A stretch of 64,000 nt of DNA from an uncultured Desulfobacterales bacterium (GTDB lineage Bacteria > Desulfobacterota > Desulfobacteria > Desulfobacterales > B30-G6), in contig CAYTAQ010000002.1 in assembly GCA_964435695.1 (NCBI GenBank), positions 5,187 to 69,186 of the forward strand. Reading direction: 5' to 3'. The notes under the pieces were generated by a model, which did not search any database, had not been told where the DNA came from, and saw only the letters and a list, made by a program, of their open reading frames with translations. Below, one piece after another: positions 39,102 to 47,100 of the stretch (position 1 is the stretch's first letter; each line of letters opens with the position of its first letter). A program made the position numbers and the translations under genes.

Positions 39102-40229
39102 TTAAGGCCTTTCCCTTCTTGCCAGCTCCACGGCAACTTTGTTCTCCAGCGTCTTCGGAAGGTAGATCGTTACTTCATGAGAAAGCTCTGCAAAAAATCC
39201 TTTTTTGTCGATGACAAGATCGGCGATGATTCGCCCGTTTTCGTATTGGAGGGTTTTATGGAGGCGATGTCTGGCCTCGGTCCAGCCGAATCCCACGGCC
39301 GTTAACACGATTCGGGGCTTTTGATCATCCAGATAGCGGATGCTTAATTTTTCGATGTCTGTATTGGATTTCAACACCAGCTGTTTTACATCCGATGGCA
39401 GGGTCAGCGGAATATTATGCTCTTTGTAAAAGGGGCGATGCATGAGAAAAGCAAGCAACATTAAAATGACGGCTGAAATCAGAAGGCCGGTGACGGCATA
39501 TCGTTTGGGGCGGGACATCGGTTTTGGCGTTTGGACCCGGGGTTTCGGCACCTGAAGCACCAGATAATAAAGACTGATGATGGTCATCAGAACGATACCC
39601 AAAGACCAGAGTACGTCGGATGGAAAGTGGGCGCCTTGAACCACACGGGCGGCGCCCAGCAATCCCCCCAACACCAGACCGGTTACGCCGCCGGTAACGG
39701 CGATCCAGATATTTTTTCTACGAAATACCAGCAATGAGAAGAAAAGAAACCCCATGGAGCAATGCCCGCAGGTAAAGGATTCTCCCCTGCCAGGGGTTCC
39801 GGGCTGATGCAGATGATGATATTCCCATTGACCGCCAAATTCCTGAACCTGGCGGGGGCGGGGTCTGCCCCAGTAATTTTTCAGAATGCCGTTGACGAGG
39901 ATTCCCGGACCGATGACGGTTGTCAGAACAATGACCAGAAAGTACCGGTGCAGATGATGAAAACGGGCTTGCATGAGGCATGCAACCCAGGCGATCAGAG
40001 CGGTGACCGCCAATACAAGACCGGGAATCGTGCCGTATTCGTAGAGCCATTTCCAGGGTTGAAGATTTCCCAGATACCACCCCTCAGATGGCGTGTAAAA
40101 GCGACTGACGATGGATCGATCCAGATCCCAGTGGATAATGACCCAGCTTAGCAGCAGGAGACAGGCAAGGGTGGCTGAAATTAAGGCCACCCCCCTGATA
40201 ATAGTGTTATTGTCTTTTGACAAATCCAT
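39102..40229 (-). CDS. PAP2-family membrane phosphatase with extra C-terminal soluble domain
   Basis: The PAP2 motifs KNYWGRPRP, SFTCGHCS and RVVQGAHFPSDV are present. About 120 aa of non-PAP2 sequence follows the last TM. Confidence 0.75.
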   Translation of the reverse strand: MDLSKDNNTIIRGVALISATLACLLLLSWVIIHWDLDRSIVSRFYTPSEGWYLGNLQPWKWLYEYGTIPGLVLAVTALIAWVACLMQARFHHLHRYFLVIVLTTVIGPGILVNGILKNYWGRPRPRQVQEFGGQWEYHHLHQPGTPGRGESFTCGHCSMGFLFFSLLVFRRKNIWIAVTGGVTGLVLGGLLGAARVVQGAHFPSDVLWSLGIVLMTIISLYYLVLQVPKPRVQTPKPMSRPKRYAVTGLLISAVILMLLAFLMHRPFYKEHNIPLTLPSDVKQLVLKSNTDIEKLSIRYLDDQKPRIVLTAVGFGWTEARHRLHKTLQYENGRIIADLVIDKKGFFAELSHEVTIYLPKTLENKVAVELARRERP

Positions 40230-40266
40230 GATTGATATGAGGACGTGTTATGAGAAATGTATATGC

Positions 40267-41172
40267 TTAGTTGTAAGAAAAAACCGATCTGATAAAACAT
40301 CCCAATCCGTTATTGTCATCATCGTTTTCAGCTTCAGCAGGCAGCAACAGATAGGCTTGATTGGCAATTTCTTCATGGGCTTCGGTTGTGGGGTGAATTT
40401 CATCCCAGAACACGTATCCGGCGCTATTGTCAAACTCATCGGCGACAGCATAATTTGGTGAAACCTCGGTGGCATTGGTGAAACCGTATTCAGCGAGATT
40501 GCCGGAGATATCAGCAAGAAAGGTATAGATATCCAACTCATAAACCATAATGTCCGGGTTGGCAGCTTCAAAAGCATCAACAGCGCTTGCCAGGGCAGCG
40601 TTGAAAGCCTGGGTGATTGCAGTGGCAGATGCAGCGCCTGCAGTGCCGAGCATTCGAGGGGTTGATCCCAAATCCGGCAGGTTCAGGATGAGGATGTTTT
40701 CAACTCCGAATGTTGCCAAAGCATCCAGGGCGCCGGCAATATTCGACACACTGGTTGCAGGGTCGGCGGGGGGATTACCTAGAAAATCATTGGCACCGAT
40801 CCAGATGACAAAAAGGGCATTGTCGGGAAGGGTGGCAGAGCCGACATAGAGACCCACCTGTTGCACCAGGCCAGGTACAGGATCCACACCACTGGTTTCA
40901 GCGCCGGCATAGGCATTGTCTACCAGGGCACAATCCAGCATCTCCTCGCCGGTCAAGTACTCGACCCAGACAGGACCATTTGAGTATCGGCCCTGGTAAT
41001 ATTTTTCTGGGTCAGGTATCGTATTTGAGCTTTGTTGATAAACGTTGCCGTTATCAGAAAGGCTATCCCCAAACACCACGACCGTATCAAATGAGGCGCC
41101 GAATACCGATAGGGGGGCGAGCAAAAACAACCCCAAAATAAGACAGAATAGACTCTTCTTTTTCATACCCAT
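40267..41172 (-). CDS. secreted SGNH/GDSL-family lipase/esterase
   Basis: Signal peptide, then VVFGDSLSDNGN (block I), a GANDF block and a DEIHPT block. Confidence 0.8.
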   Translation of the reverse strand: MGMKKKSLFCLILGLFLLAPLSVFGASFDTVVVFGDSLSDNGNVYQQSSNTIPDPEKYYQGRYSNGPVWVEYLTGEEMLDCALVDNAYAGAETSGVDPVPGLVQQVGLYVGSATLPDNALFVIWIGANDFLGNPPADPATSVSNIAGALDALATFGVENILILNLPDLGSTPRMLGTAGAASATAITQAFNAALASAVDAFEAANPDIMVYELDIYTFLADISGNLAEYGFTNATEVSPNYAVADEFDNSAGYVFWDEIHPTTEAHEEIANQAYLLLPAEAENDDDNNGLGCFIRSVFSYN

Positions 41173-41398
41173 CTCCTTTGAAATACAGGTGAATAGTTGG
41201 GCGCGTTAACGCCGTTTCTTTCGATATGATTATCCTCGCCTAACAGCAGTTAATTACAGGGTGTGGCTTGATAAAATTGGGGCAAACCGACAGCCTGAGA
41301 GACATATGCCAAAATTCAATCAACAAGTCAAACCGTGAGATTGAAAGAAACCTCAATACTGCAACTAAGCAGCGAATTGTTTACACCGGTTATTCAGG

Positions 41399-42232
41399 TT
41401 AAACCTCTCCCCATGCCTTTTTACTGCGGGCGATCTTTTTCTGAACGGTCTCCCATGTTTTGGTTTTAAGAAAGGATTCGTCAAAGCGGTTGATCATATC
41501 CATGAATAGCTTCAAGGGGACTGAAAATGAGAGTTCGTCTGTTTTGAAAAATTTTCGTGCCGAGGGATCCCAGCCGCCGATGACCGCTTTGTTCATTTCC
41601 TTGGATGCGTAATGGAGGGGCCAGACAACCAGGTTGCCGCAGGCGGCTCCCCAGGGCGAAGCCACAACTTCAGGATCGTTTGTTACAAATGCCGCGAGCT
41701 GGTGGAGTCCGCACAGCGTCTCGGGCCTGGTGAAAAACACCACAAGTTCAGGCATTTCACCTTCAGTAAACTGGGTAACGGGTTTTACCACGCAGTAAGT
41801 TTTGGGGGCCGGTCTGGGGTCGACATATTCAAAGATACGTCTCAGGTTATCCGGAGAATCACAGTAACGCTCGCCTTCGGTCCAATTGGGTATGCCGGTG
41901 GAGACGTAGTTGATGATGGTTTCAGTCTGGGGTTTGTTAAAACCAAGCCAGAATGCTCCCCCGGGGCACCCATACTGCTCGGCGGAAAAATACGCGGCGG
42001 TCTTCTTTTTTCTGGCGCGCCATATATTTCCCAAAACACATGAAAACTGACCAAAGACCTTTTGCCAGTCAATTTCGTTCTTCAGTTCCTTTTGACGCGT
42101 CGGCAGATCGTTGGGCTTGGGTGAAAAGCCTGCTTCGGGTTTTTCATCGCTATAAAAAATACCCATGGGATCTTCGCTCAGCCCCATCCGGTCAAGGAAT
42201 CGCGGCAGATTTTGCAGTAGTTGTTTTTCCAT
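41399..42232 (-). CDS. DUF169-like protein (tentative)
   Basis: The size (277 aa) and general pattern are recalled from the DUF169 family and cannot be verified here. Good AAAAGGAG RBS. Confidence 0.4.
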   Translation of the reverse strand: MEKQLLQNLPRFLDRMGLSEDPMGIFYSDEKPEAGFSPKPNDLPTRQKELKNEIDWQKVFGQFSCVLGNIWRARKKKTAAYFSAEQYGCPGGAFWLGFNKPQTETIINYVSTGIPNWTEGERYCDSPDNLRRIFEYVDPRPAPKTYCVVKPVTQFTEGEMPELVVFFTRPETLCGLHQLAAFVTNDPEVVASPWGAACGNLVVWPLHYASKEMNKAVIGGWDPSARKFFKTDELSFSVPLKLFMDMINRFDESFLKTKTWETVQKKIARSKKAWGEV

Positions 42233-42252
42233 TTGAGTCTCCTTTTGGGAAT

Positions 42253-42327
42253 GGTTTTAAGTTTTAGGTGTTAAGTTTTAAGCTAACAATATTGTAACCT
42301 AAAACCTAACACTTAATACCTAAATCC
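42253..42327. repeat. inverted arrays of a GTTTTAA/GTTTTAG heptad
   Basis: GGTTTTAA GTTTTAG GTGTTAA GTTTTAA gctaACAATATTGTaa CCTAAAA CCTAACA CTTAATA CCTAAA forms an imperfect long hairpin around a central palindrome. Confidence 0.75.
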
Positions 42328-42359
42328 AAATGAATTCGTCTTCTTACGAATTCACCATT

Positions 42360-43064
42360 CTATCTGTATTGATGACAGGAAATCAATTTTTTATCGGGCT
42401 GCCAGATCATACAAAGGCCGTTGTCCAGGGCGCCGCAGGTTACTATGCAGGGGATTCTGTTCCCCAGTCGGATCTGTTTGCCGGGCATAATCTTTTGGGT
42501 GTTCACCGTTTGCTTCTGTCGCCATACGATTTCGGGAAGATGCTGATGCCCCCTGATGAGCATGCTGTGCGGATAGTTCTGAAAAAAAAAGGATTGTTCT
42601 TCGGGGCCGAGGACACCGACCATGCAGGAGAGACCTTTTTCGCTCACAAAGGGGAGGGCGTGCGTAATGACGGCTTCCTGATACCGTAATACAAGGGGGA
42701 GTTGTTTCAGATAATCGATGGTATCGGTTTTCACGGCTGATTTTTCAACCCCCTCATGATTCACAACGAGCGTGTGATCGTTGTTTCCTTTAATGGCCAT
42801 GACATGGTTTTGGCGCAGCAGGTCGACGCACTCATCCGCGGTTTCCGGGTGAAAAGAATCACAGATATCCCCCAGATGGTATATGCGGTCGCATGCCGGC
42901 TGTTTAAAAAATTCGATTGCACCGGCGATGGCTTTGCGAGAGCCATGACTGTCCGCCATGATACCGATGCGGTGTCGGGCCTTATATGATATCACTTTTT
43001 GGCTCAAGTTCGTACTATCCCTTAAAATGTTCACTATAGAAACCGAAGGGCGACAGTTTTTCAA
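42360..43064 (-). CDS. metallophosphoesterase (YfcE-like)
   Basis: RIGIMADSHG, GDICD, GNND and GHQH motifs. The true start may be the GTG about 70 nt inside the track ORF. Confidence 0.7.
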   Translation of the reverse strand: MKNCRPSVSIVNILRDSTNLSQKVISYKARHRIGIMADSHGSRKAIAGAIEFFKQPACDRIYHLGDICDSFHPETADECVDLLRQNHVMAIKGNNDHTLVVNHEGVEKSAVKTDTIDYLKQLPLVLRYQEAVITHALPFVSEKGLSCMVGVLGPEEQSFFFQNYPHSMLIRGHQHLPEIVWRQKQTVNTQKIMPGKQIRLGNRIPCIVTCGALDNGLCMIWQPDKKLISCHQYR

Positions 43065-43075
43065 TAAAAGCCTTT

Positions 43076-43194
43076 CTAATTGTCAATTGTCAACGACTAA
43101 TTGTCAATGATGCAAAATGCAACTTGTTCTAAGAACGGCGGGAAGGGTCTTCGTTGATAATTATTCATTAGCAATTTGCAATTGACAATTAAGG
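43076..43194. repeat. inverted arrays of an AATTGTC heptad flanking a ~50-bp spacer
   Basis: Left arm: cTAATTGTCAATTGTCAAcgacTAATTGTCAATGatgc. Right arm: cattagCAATTTGCAATTGACAATTAagg. TAATTGTCAATTG is perfectly inverted (13 bp). Confidence 0.75.
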
Positions 43195-43391
43195 TTCTCC
43201 ATTGGTTATTCGTAACCCAAACCAAAGGAACAATTGTATGACGAACGTTCTATCAGGCATACAGCAAAAAAAACCGCTTGACAAATCATTAGGTTAGCGT
43301 TACCAATCAATATAATTAATTGATATTTATTTAATTAATTTAGTTTTTATAAAAATAAGTAAATATTACTTACCCAAAGAGGAGGATAGGG

Positions 43392-44561
43392 ATGGGCAAG
43401 CAGATAAAGACACCTGATCAGCTTTATTTTAACAAGGACCATCAGATGGTCAGGCGGGCGGTTCGCGAATTTGTAAACAAGGAAATCAATCCCTTTACAG
43501 ACGAATGGGAAGCAGCCGGTATTGCCCCATTGAAAAAACTCTTTAAAAAAATGGGTAAACTCGGATTTTTGGGGATACGGTATGATCCCAAATACGGCGG
43601 GCAAGGTCTGGATTACTGGTATGAAACCGCATTTCTTGAAGAGCTCGGACATATCAAGGCCCTCGGTCTTGCAGTTGCCATAACCGTCCAAACCAATATG
43701 GCAACCCCGGCCATCGATGAATTCGGGAGTGAATTTCTGAAAAAGACGTATCTGAAAGCCGCAATCAAGGGCGATATGGTGGGGGCCATCGCCGTATCGG
43801 AACCGGGAGCAGGGTCGGATGTGGCGGCGATTGCCACCACGGCCAAAAGAGAAAACAATCACTATGTGATCAATGGAAGCAAAATGTTCATCACCAACGG
43901 CACGCAAGCCGACTTTTATACGCTTCTGGCGAGGACCAGCGATGATCCGGGGTATCATTCCTTTAGTTTGTTCGTGGTGCCGGCGGATTTACCCGGTGTC
44001 GTGGTCAGTCGAAAACTTGAAAAATTAGGCGTCTGGATCAGCGACACGGCCGAGCTGTTTTTCGATAATGTCCAAGTGCCTGTTGAAAACCTCATCGGAC
44101 AAGAAGGGGAAGGATTTATCTATCAGATGAGACAGTTTCAGCACGAACGGTTTTCACTCCTGCCATTTGCCTGCACCGCGGCAAAAGATATCATCGATCT
44201 GACGATCGGCTATATAAAAGATCGAGTCGTTTTCGGAAAACCGCTCATCAAGAACCAGGTTCTCCGGCACCGCCTGGCGGACTGGGCAACTGAAATTGAA
44301 AGCCTTAAGCAGTTGATATATCATATTGTGAGGATGAAAGAGGCTGGTCTGGATGCCACCCGGGAGATCTCCATGGGAAAGCTTATTGCCGGTCAGCTCC
44401 TTAGCAAAATTGCGGACGGATGCCTGCAGATGCATGGCGGCATGGGGTATATGAGTGAAATGATTATTTCAAGGTACTACCGGGATGCCCGCGGCCTGTC
44501 CATCGGCGGTGGTGCGGATGAGGTGATACGGGAGATGATAGCCAGGATCGAAGGCTATTAA
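43392..44561 (+). CDS. acyl-CoA dehydrogenase
   Basis: 389 aa with ..AVSEPGAGSD.. and ..GGMGY..E....R.YRDAR...I..G..EV motifs; GAGGAGG RBS. Confidence 0.85.
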   Translation: MGKQIKTPDQLYFNKDHQMVRRAVREFVNKEINPFTDEWEAAGIAPLKKLFKKMGKLGFLGIRYDPKYGGQGLDYWYETAFLEELGHIKALGLAVAITVQTNMATPAIDEFGSEFLKKTYLKAAIKGDMVGAIAVSEPGAGSDVAAIATTAKRENNHYVINGSKMFITNGTQADFYTLLARTSDDPGYHSFSLFVVPADLPGVVVSRKLEKLGVWISDTAELFFDNVQVPVENLIGQEGEGFIYQMRQFQHERFSLLPFACTAAKDIIDLTIGYIKDRVVFGKPLIKNQVLRHRLADWATEIESLKQLIYHIVRMKEAGLDATREISMGKLIAGQLLSKIADGCLQMHGGMGYMSEMIISRYYRDARGLSIGGGADEVIREMIARIEGY

Positions 44562-44566
44562 AGACG

Positions 44567-45208
44567 ATGAAATTATCCGGAAAAGATAAAACGCAGCTTG
44601 AAGGGGAGACGACCAGGTCGTTCCCACCTGGCAGAGTGAAAATTGCCAATGCACTGCGCCTGCTGCTTGAAGAGAAGGAATTCAACGGGATTACCACTGC
44701 CGAAATCGCCAGACAGGCCGGTGTAACCGATGCATTGATATACAAATATTTTAAGGATAAAAGAGATTTGCTCCACCAGTTGTTGAGCGAATATCTCAAT
44801 CAGTATGCGCTGCAGCTAAGCAGGGACTTAAAGGGCATCAAAGGTGCTTTGAACAAACTTCGAAAACTCATTTGGTCACACATCAATGTTTATGCGACCA
44901 ACCGGGTATTTGCAAAGATCCTGTTATTAGAGGTGAGAAATCATCCGGATTATTATAGATCCGATACATATGAACTTGTAAGGACATACAGTAATTTTGT
45001 TCTGGAAATTTTGGAGGAAGGTATACAGAGCAACGAGATAAGACAGGATGTTCCGGTCAAACTGATTCGGCAGGTAATTCTCGGCAGCATTGAGCAGCTT
45101 TGTCTGACCGGCATCACATTTGATCGTGAAATCGATCCCGATGAACTTACCGAAAACCTGTGTGAAATCATATTTAGGGGAATTATTCCCGCTGTGAGCG
45201 ATGAGTGA
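44567..45208 (+). CDS. TetR/AcrR-family transcriptional regulator
   Basis: N-terminal HTH ITTAEIARQAGVTDALIYKYFKDKRDLL. The gene starts 5 nt after the ACAD stop. Confidence 0.85.
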   Translation: MKLSGKDKTQLEGETTRSFPPGRVKIANALRLLLEEKEFNGITTAEIARQAGVTDALIYKYFKDKRDLLHQLLSEYLNQYALQLSRDLKGIKGALNKLRKLIWSHINVYATNRVFAKILLLEVRNHPDYYRSDTYELVRTYSNFVLEILEEGIQSNEIRQDVPVKLIRQVILGSIEQLCLTGITFDREIDPDELTENLCEIIFRGIIPAVSDE

Positions 45209-45237
45209 TGAGAGATGCGTAAAGCGTAGGAAGCGCC

Positions 45238-45284
45238 GGGTTGCGGGTTGCGGGTTACGAGTTACGGGTTACGTGTTGCGAGTC
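45238..45284. repeat. tandem heptad array (GGGTTRC)n, about 6.7 units
   Basis: GGGTTGC GGGTTGC GGGTTAC GAGTTAC GGGTTAC GTGTTGC GAGTC, 30 nt after the TetR stop. Confidence 0.85.
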
Positions 45285-45309
45285 AATTCCAACAGCGTAA
45301 TCATGTAGC

Positions 45310-45360
45310 GCAGAGCTTTAGCTCTGCTCATACACAGTCTTGGCAGGTCTTAAGACCTGC
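45310..45360. repeat. two REP-like hairpins
   Basis: GCAGAGCTTTAGCTCTGC (45310..45327) and GCAGGTCTTAAGACCTGC (45343..45360). The second matches the hairpin at 4885. Confidence 0.75.
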
Positions 45361-45429
45361 GCTACGATAAATGTCATACCTGCGAGGTGTTGCACAAACT
45401 GTTTTAATGAAAGAGGAGAGTTGAATAAA

Positions 45430-46980
45430 ATGGGCGTGTGGATGGACAGCTACTTGGCAAAGCTTGAGAAAGTGCGCCGGCAAAATCTTCTGGGAGGCGG
45501 CCAAGAGCGCATCGACCAGATCCATCAGTTGAACAAGCTGACCGCCAGAGAACGGATTGACAGACTGGTGGATGCCGGAACATTTGAAGAGATCGGCTCC
45601 ATCGTCACGGATACCCGGCCGCCGCTGGACGGTAAAGAAAGGCCGGATCCTTCTGAAGGGATCGTGATGGGATTCGGCAGGATCAACGGCCGTTTTGTGA
45701 TGCTCTACGCCATGGATTTTTCGGTGATGTCGGGTTCCCTGGGGGATCAGGCAGCCTGGAAACTGGCTGATATTACAAGCATGGCAGGTGAACGGGGCAT
45801 GCCGTTGATCGGCATCATCGATTCCATAGGGGAGCGGCTCAGTTTCAAAGATGGGGATGCAGGCATGAACGGCCTCGGCCATCTCTTGAAAAACTACAGC
45901 CTCTATTCCGGTGTGATTCCACGGATTACGCTTTTACTGGGTCCTTGCACCGGCGTGTTTTCCTTTATTCCGGTCCTTTCCGATTTTCTCATCATGAATG
46001 AGGAAACCGGGTTTTTATGGCTGGGAGGTGATATTGAATCCGATGAGGCGGGAACTGCTGAATTCCACATGGAGAGAAGTGGTCAGTGTGATATGAAGGC
46101 GGAAAGCGATACGGATGCCGTTGAAAAACTTAAAACACTCTTGGCGTATCTTCCGCAGAACTGCTGGGAAAAGCCCATGTTTATTGAGACGGGCGATGAT
46201 CCGGAAAGAAAGGAAGCGGCGCTCCTTGACGTGATGCCGGACAACCCGAAATTTACCTACGATATGCACGAAGTCATCGACAGCATTGTCGATAATGGAG
46301 AATTCCTCGAATTGAAGGAGGATTTTGCTGCACACCTTATCATCGGGTTCTGTCGGTTCGGCGGGCGTGTGGCCGGTATCGTGGCGAACAACCCGGATGA
46401 ACTCAGCGGGATACTCGAACCGGATTCCTCTGATAAATATGACCGGTTCATGCGATTCCTGGATGCCTTCAACATTCCCCTGGTTACCCTGGTGGATACG
46501 ACGGCATTCCCTCCCGGGGACCGATGGGAACGGCTCGGCATCATCCGGCATGGTGCAAAACTCCTCCATTCATATGCACATCTCACCTGCCCGAAAATAA
46601 CCATGGTGCTGCGTCGATCCTATGGCGGCGCCAATATTGTGTTGGGTTGCTCTAAAATGTTTCCTGATTTTGTATATGCATGGCCGACGGTGGAATTTGC
46701 ACCCACCGGCCCCGAAACAGTCGTGCACGCGGTATTTCATAAGGAATTGGAAAAGGCCAAGAAGGAAGGGAACTATGATGAGGTTTACGACTTTTTGCTC
46801 AGTATTTTAAAGGAACAGTTTTCTGTGTTGAACCTGGGCAAGCACTGGACGACCTATTATACGGCCCACGAAGTGATTGACCCCCGGGATACGCGACCGA
46901 GAATAATCAAGGCGATCGCAACGTTGGAGAATAAACGCGAAGAACTGCCGGAAAAGAAGCGATCCATCAAGCCGGCGTGA
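45430..46980 (+). CDS. acyl-CoA carboxylase carboxyltransferase subunit (PccB/AccD5-type), paralogue 1
   Basis: ..LLGGGQERIDQIHQLNKLTARERI.. N-terminus and a two-domain crotonase-fold CT pattern. The ATG at 45430 has AGAGGAGAG upstream. The track start at 45340 lies in the REP hairpin. Confidence 0.8.
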   Translation: MGVWMDSYLAKLEKVRRQNLLGGGQERIDQIHQLNKLTARERIDRLVDAGTFEEIGSIVTDTRPPLDGKERPDPSEGIVMGFGRINGRFVMLYAMDFSVMSGSLGDQAAWKLADITSMAGERGMPLIGIIDSIGERLSFKDGDAGMNGLGHLLKNYSLYSGVIPRITLLLGPCTGVFSFIPVLSDFLIMNEETGFLWLGGDIESDEAGTAEFHMERSGQCDMKAESDTDAVEKLKTLLAYLPQNCWEKPMFIETGDDPERKEAALLDVMPDNPKFTYDMHEVIDSIVDNGEFLELKEDFAAHLIIGFCRFGGRVAGIVANNPDELSGILEPDSSDKYDRFMRFLDAFNIPLVTLVDTTAFPPGDRWERLGIIRHGAKLLHSYAHLTCPKITMVLRRSYGGANIVLGCSKMFPDFVYAWPTVEFAPTGPETVVHAVFHKELEKAKKEGNYDEVYDFLLSILKEQFSVLNLGKHWTTYYTAHEVIDPRDTRPRIIKAIATLENKREELPEKKRSIKPA

Positions 46981-46989
46981 TGGAAATAA

Positions 46990-47019
46990 GGGTTCCAGGA
47001 TTCTAGGGTTCGAGGATTC
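46990..47019. repeat. GGGTTC/GGATTC short tandem motif
   Basis: GGGTTCCAGGATTCTAGGGTTCGAGGATTC. Its reverse complement recurs at 62869..62883, again next to an ATCACGAAA element. Confidence 0.6.
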
Positions 47020-47065
47020 AAGTGATGATAACCTATATGACAGCTGGGATATGAAGAACCCCTTT

Positions 47066-47093
47066 ATCACGAAAACACAAAAATTGAAAAAGG
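47066..47093. repeat. truncated copy of the ATCACGAAA element
   Basis: ATCACGAAAACACAAAAATTGAAAAAGG matches the left arm and loop of the 33214 copy. It ends 7 nt before the start codon at 47101. Confidence 0.65.
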
Positions 47094-47100
47094 TATTGCT

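Noticed and set aside
43278-43324. TTGACA-17-TACCAA promoter and ATCAAT-N7-ATTGAT as a TetR operator upstream of the ACAD gene
   Set aside because: The -10 match is poor, and the inverted repeat has only 6-bp arms in a very AT-rich stretch where such matches are expected by chance. I mention it but do not call it.
46990-47019. GGGTTCGAGGATTC (and its complement at 62869..62883) as a tRNA T-arm or tRNA fragment
   Set aside because: The resemblance to GGTTCGAATCC is only partial. No acceptor stem, anticodon arm or CCA context can be built around either copy.
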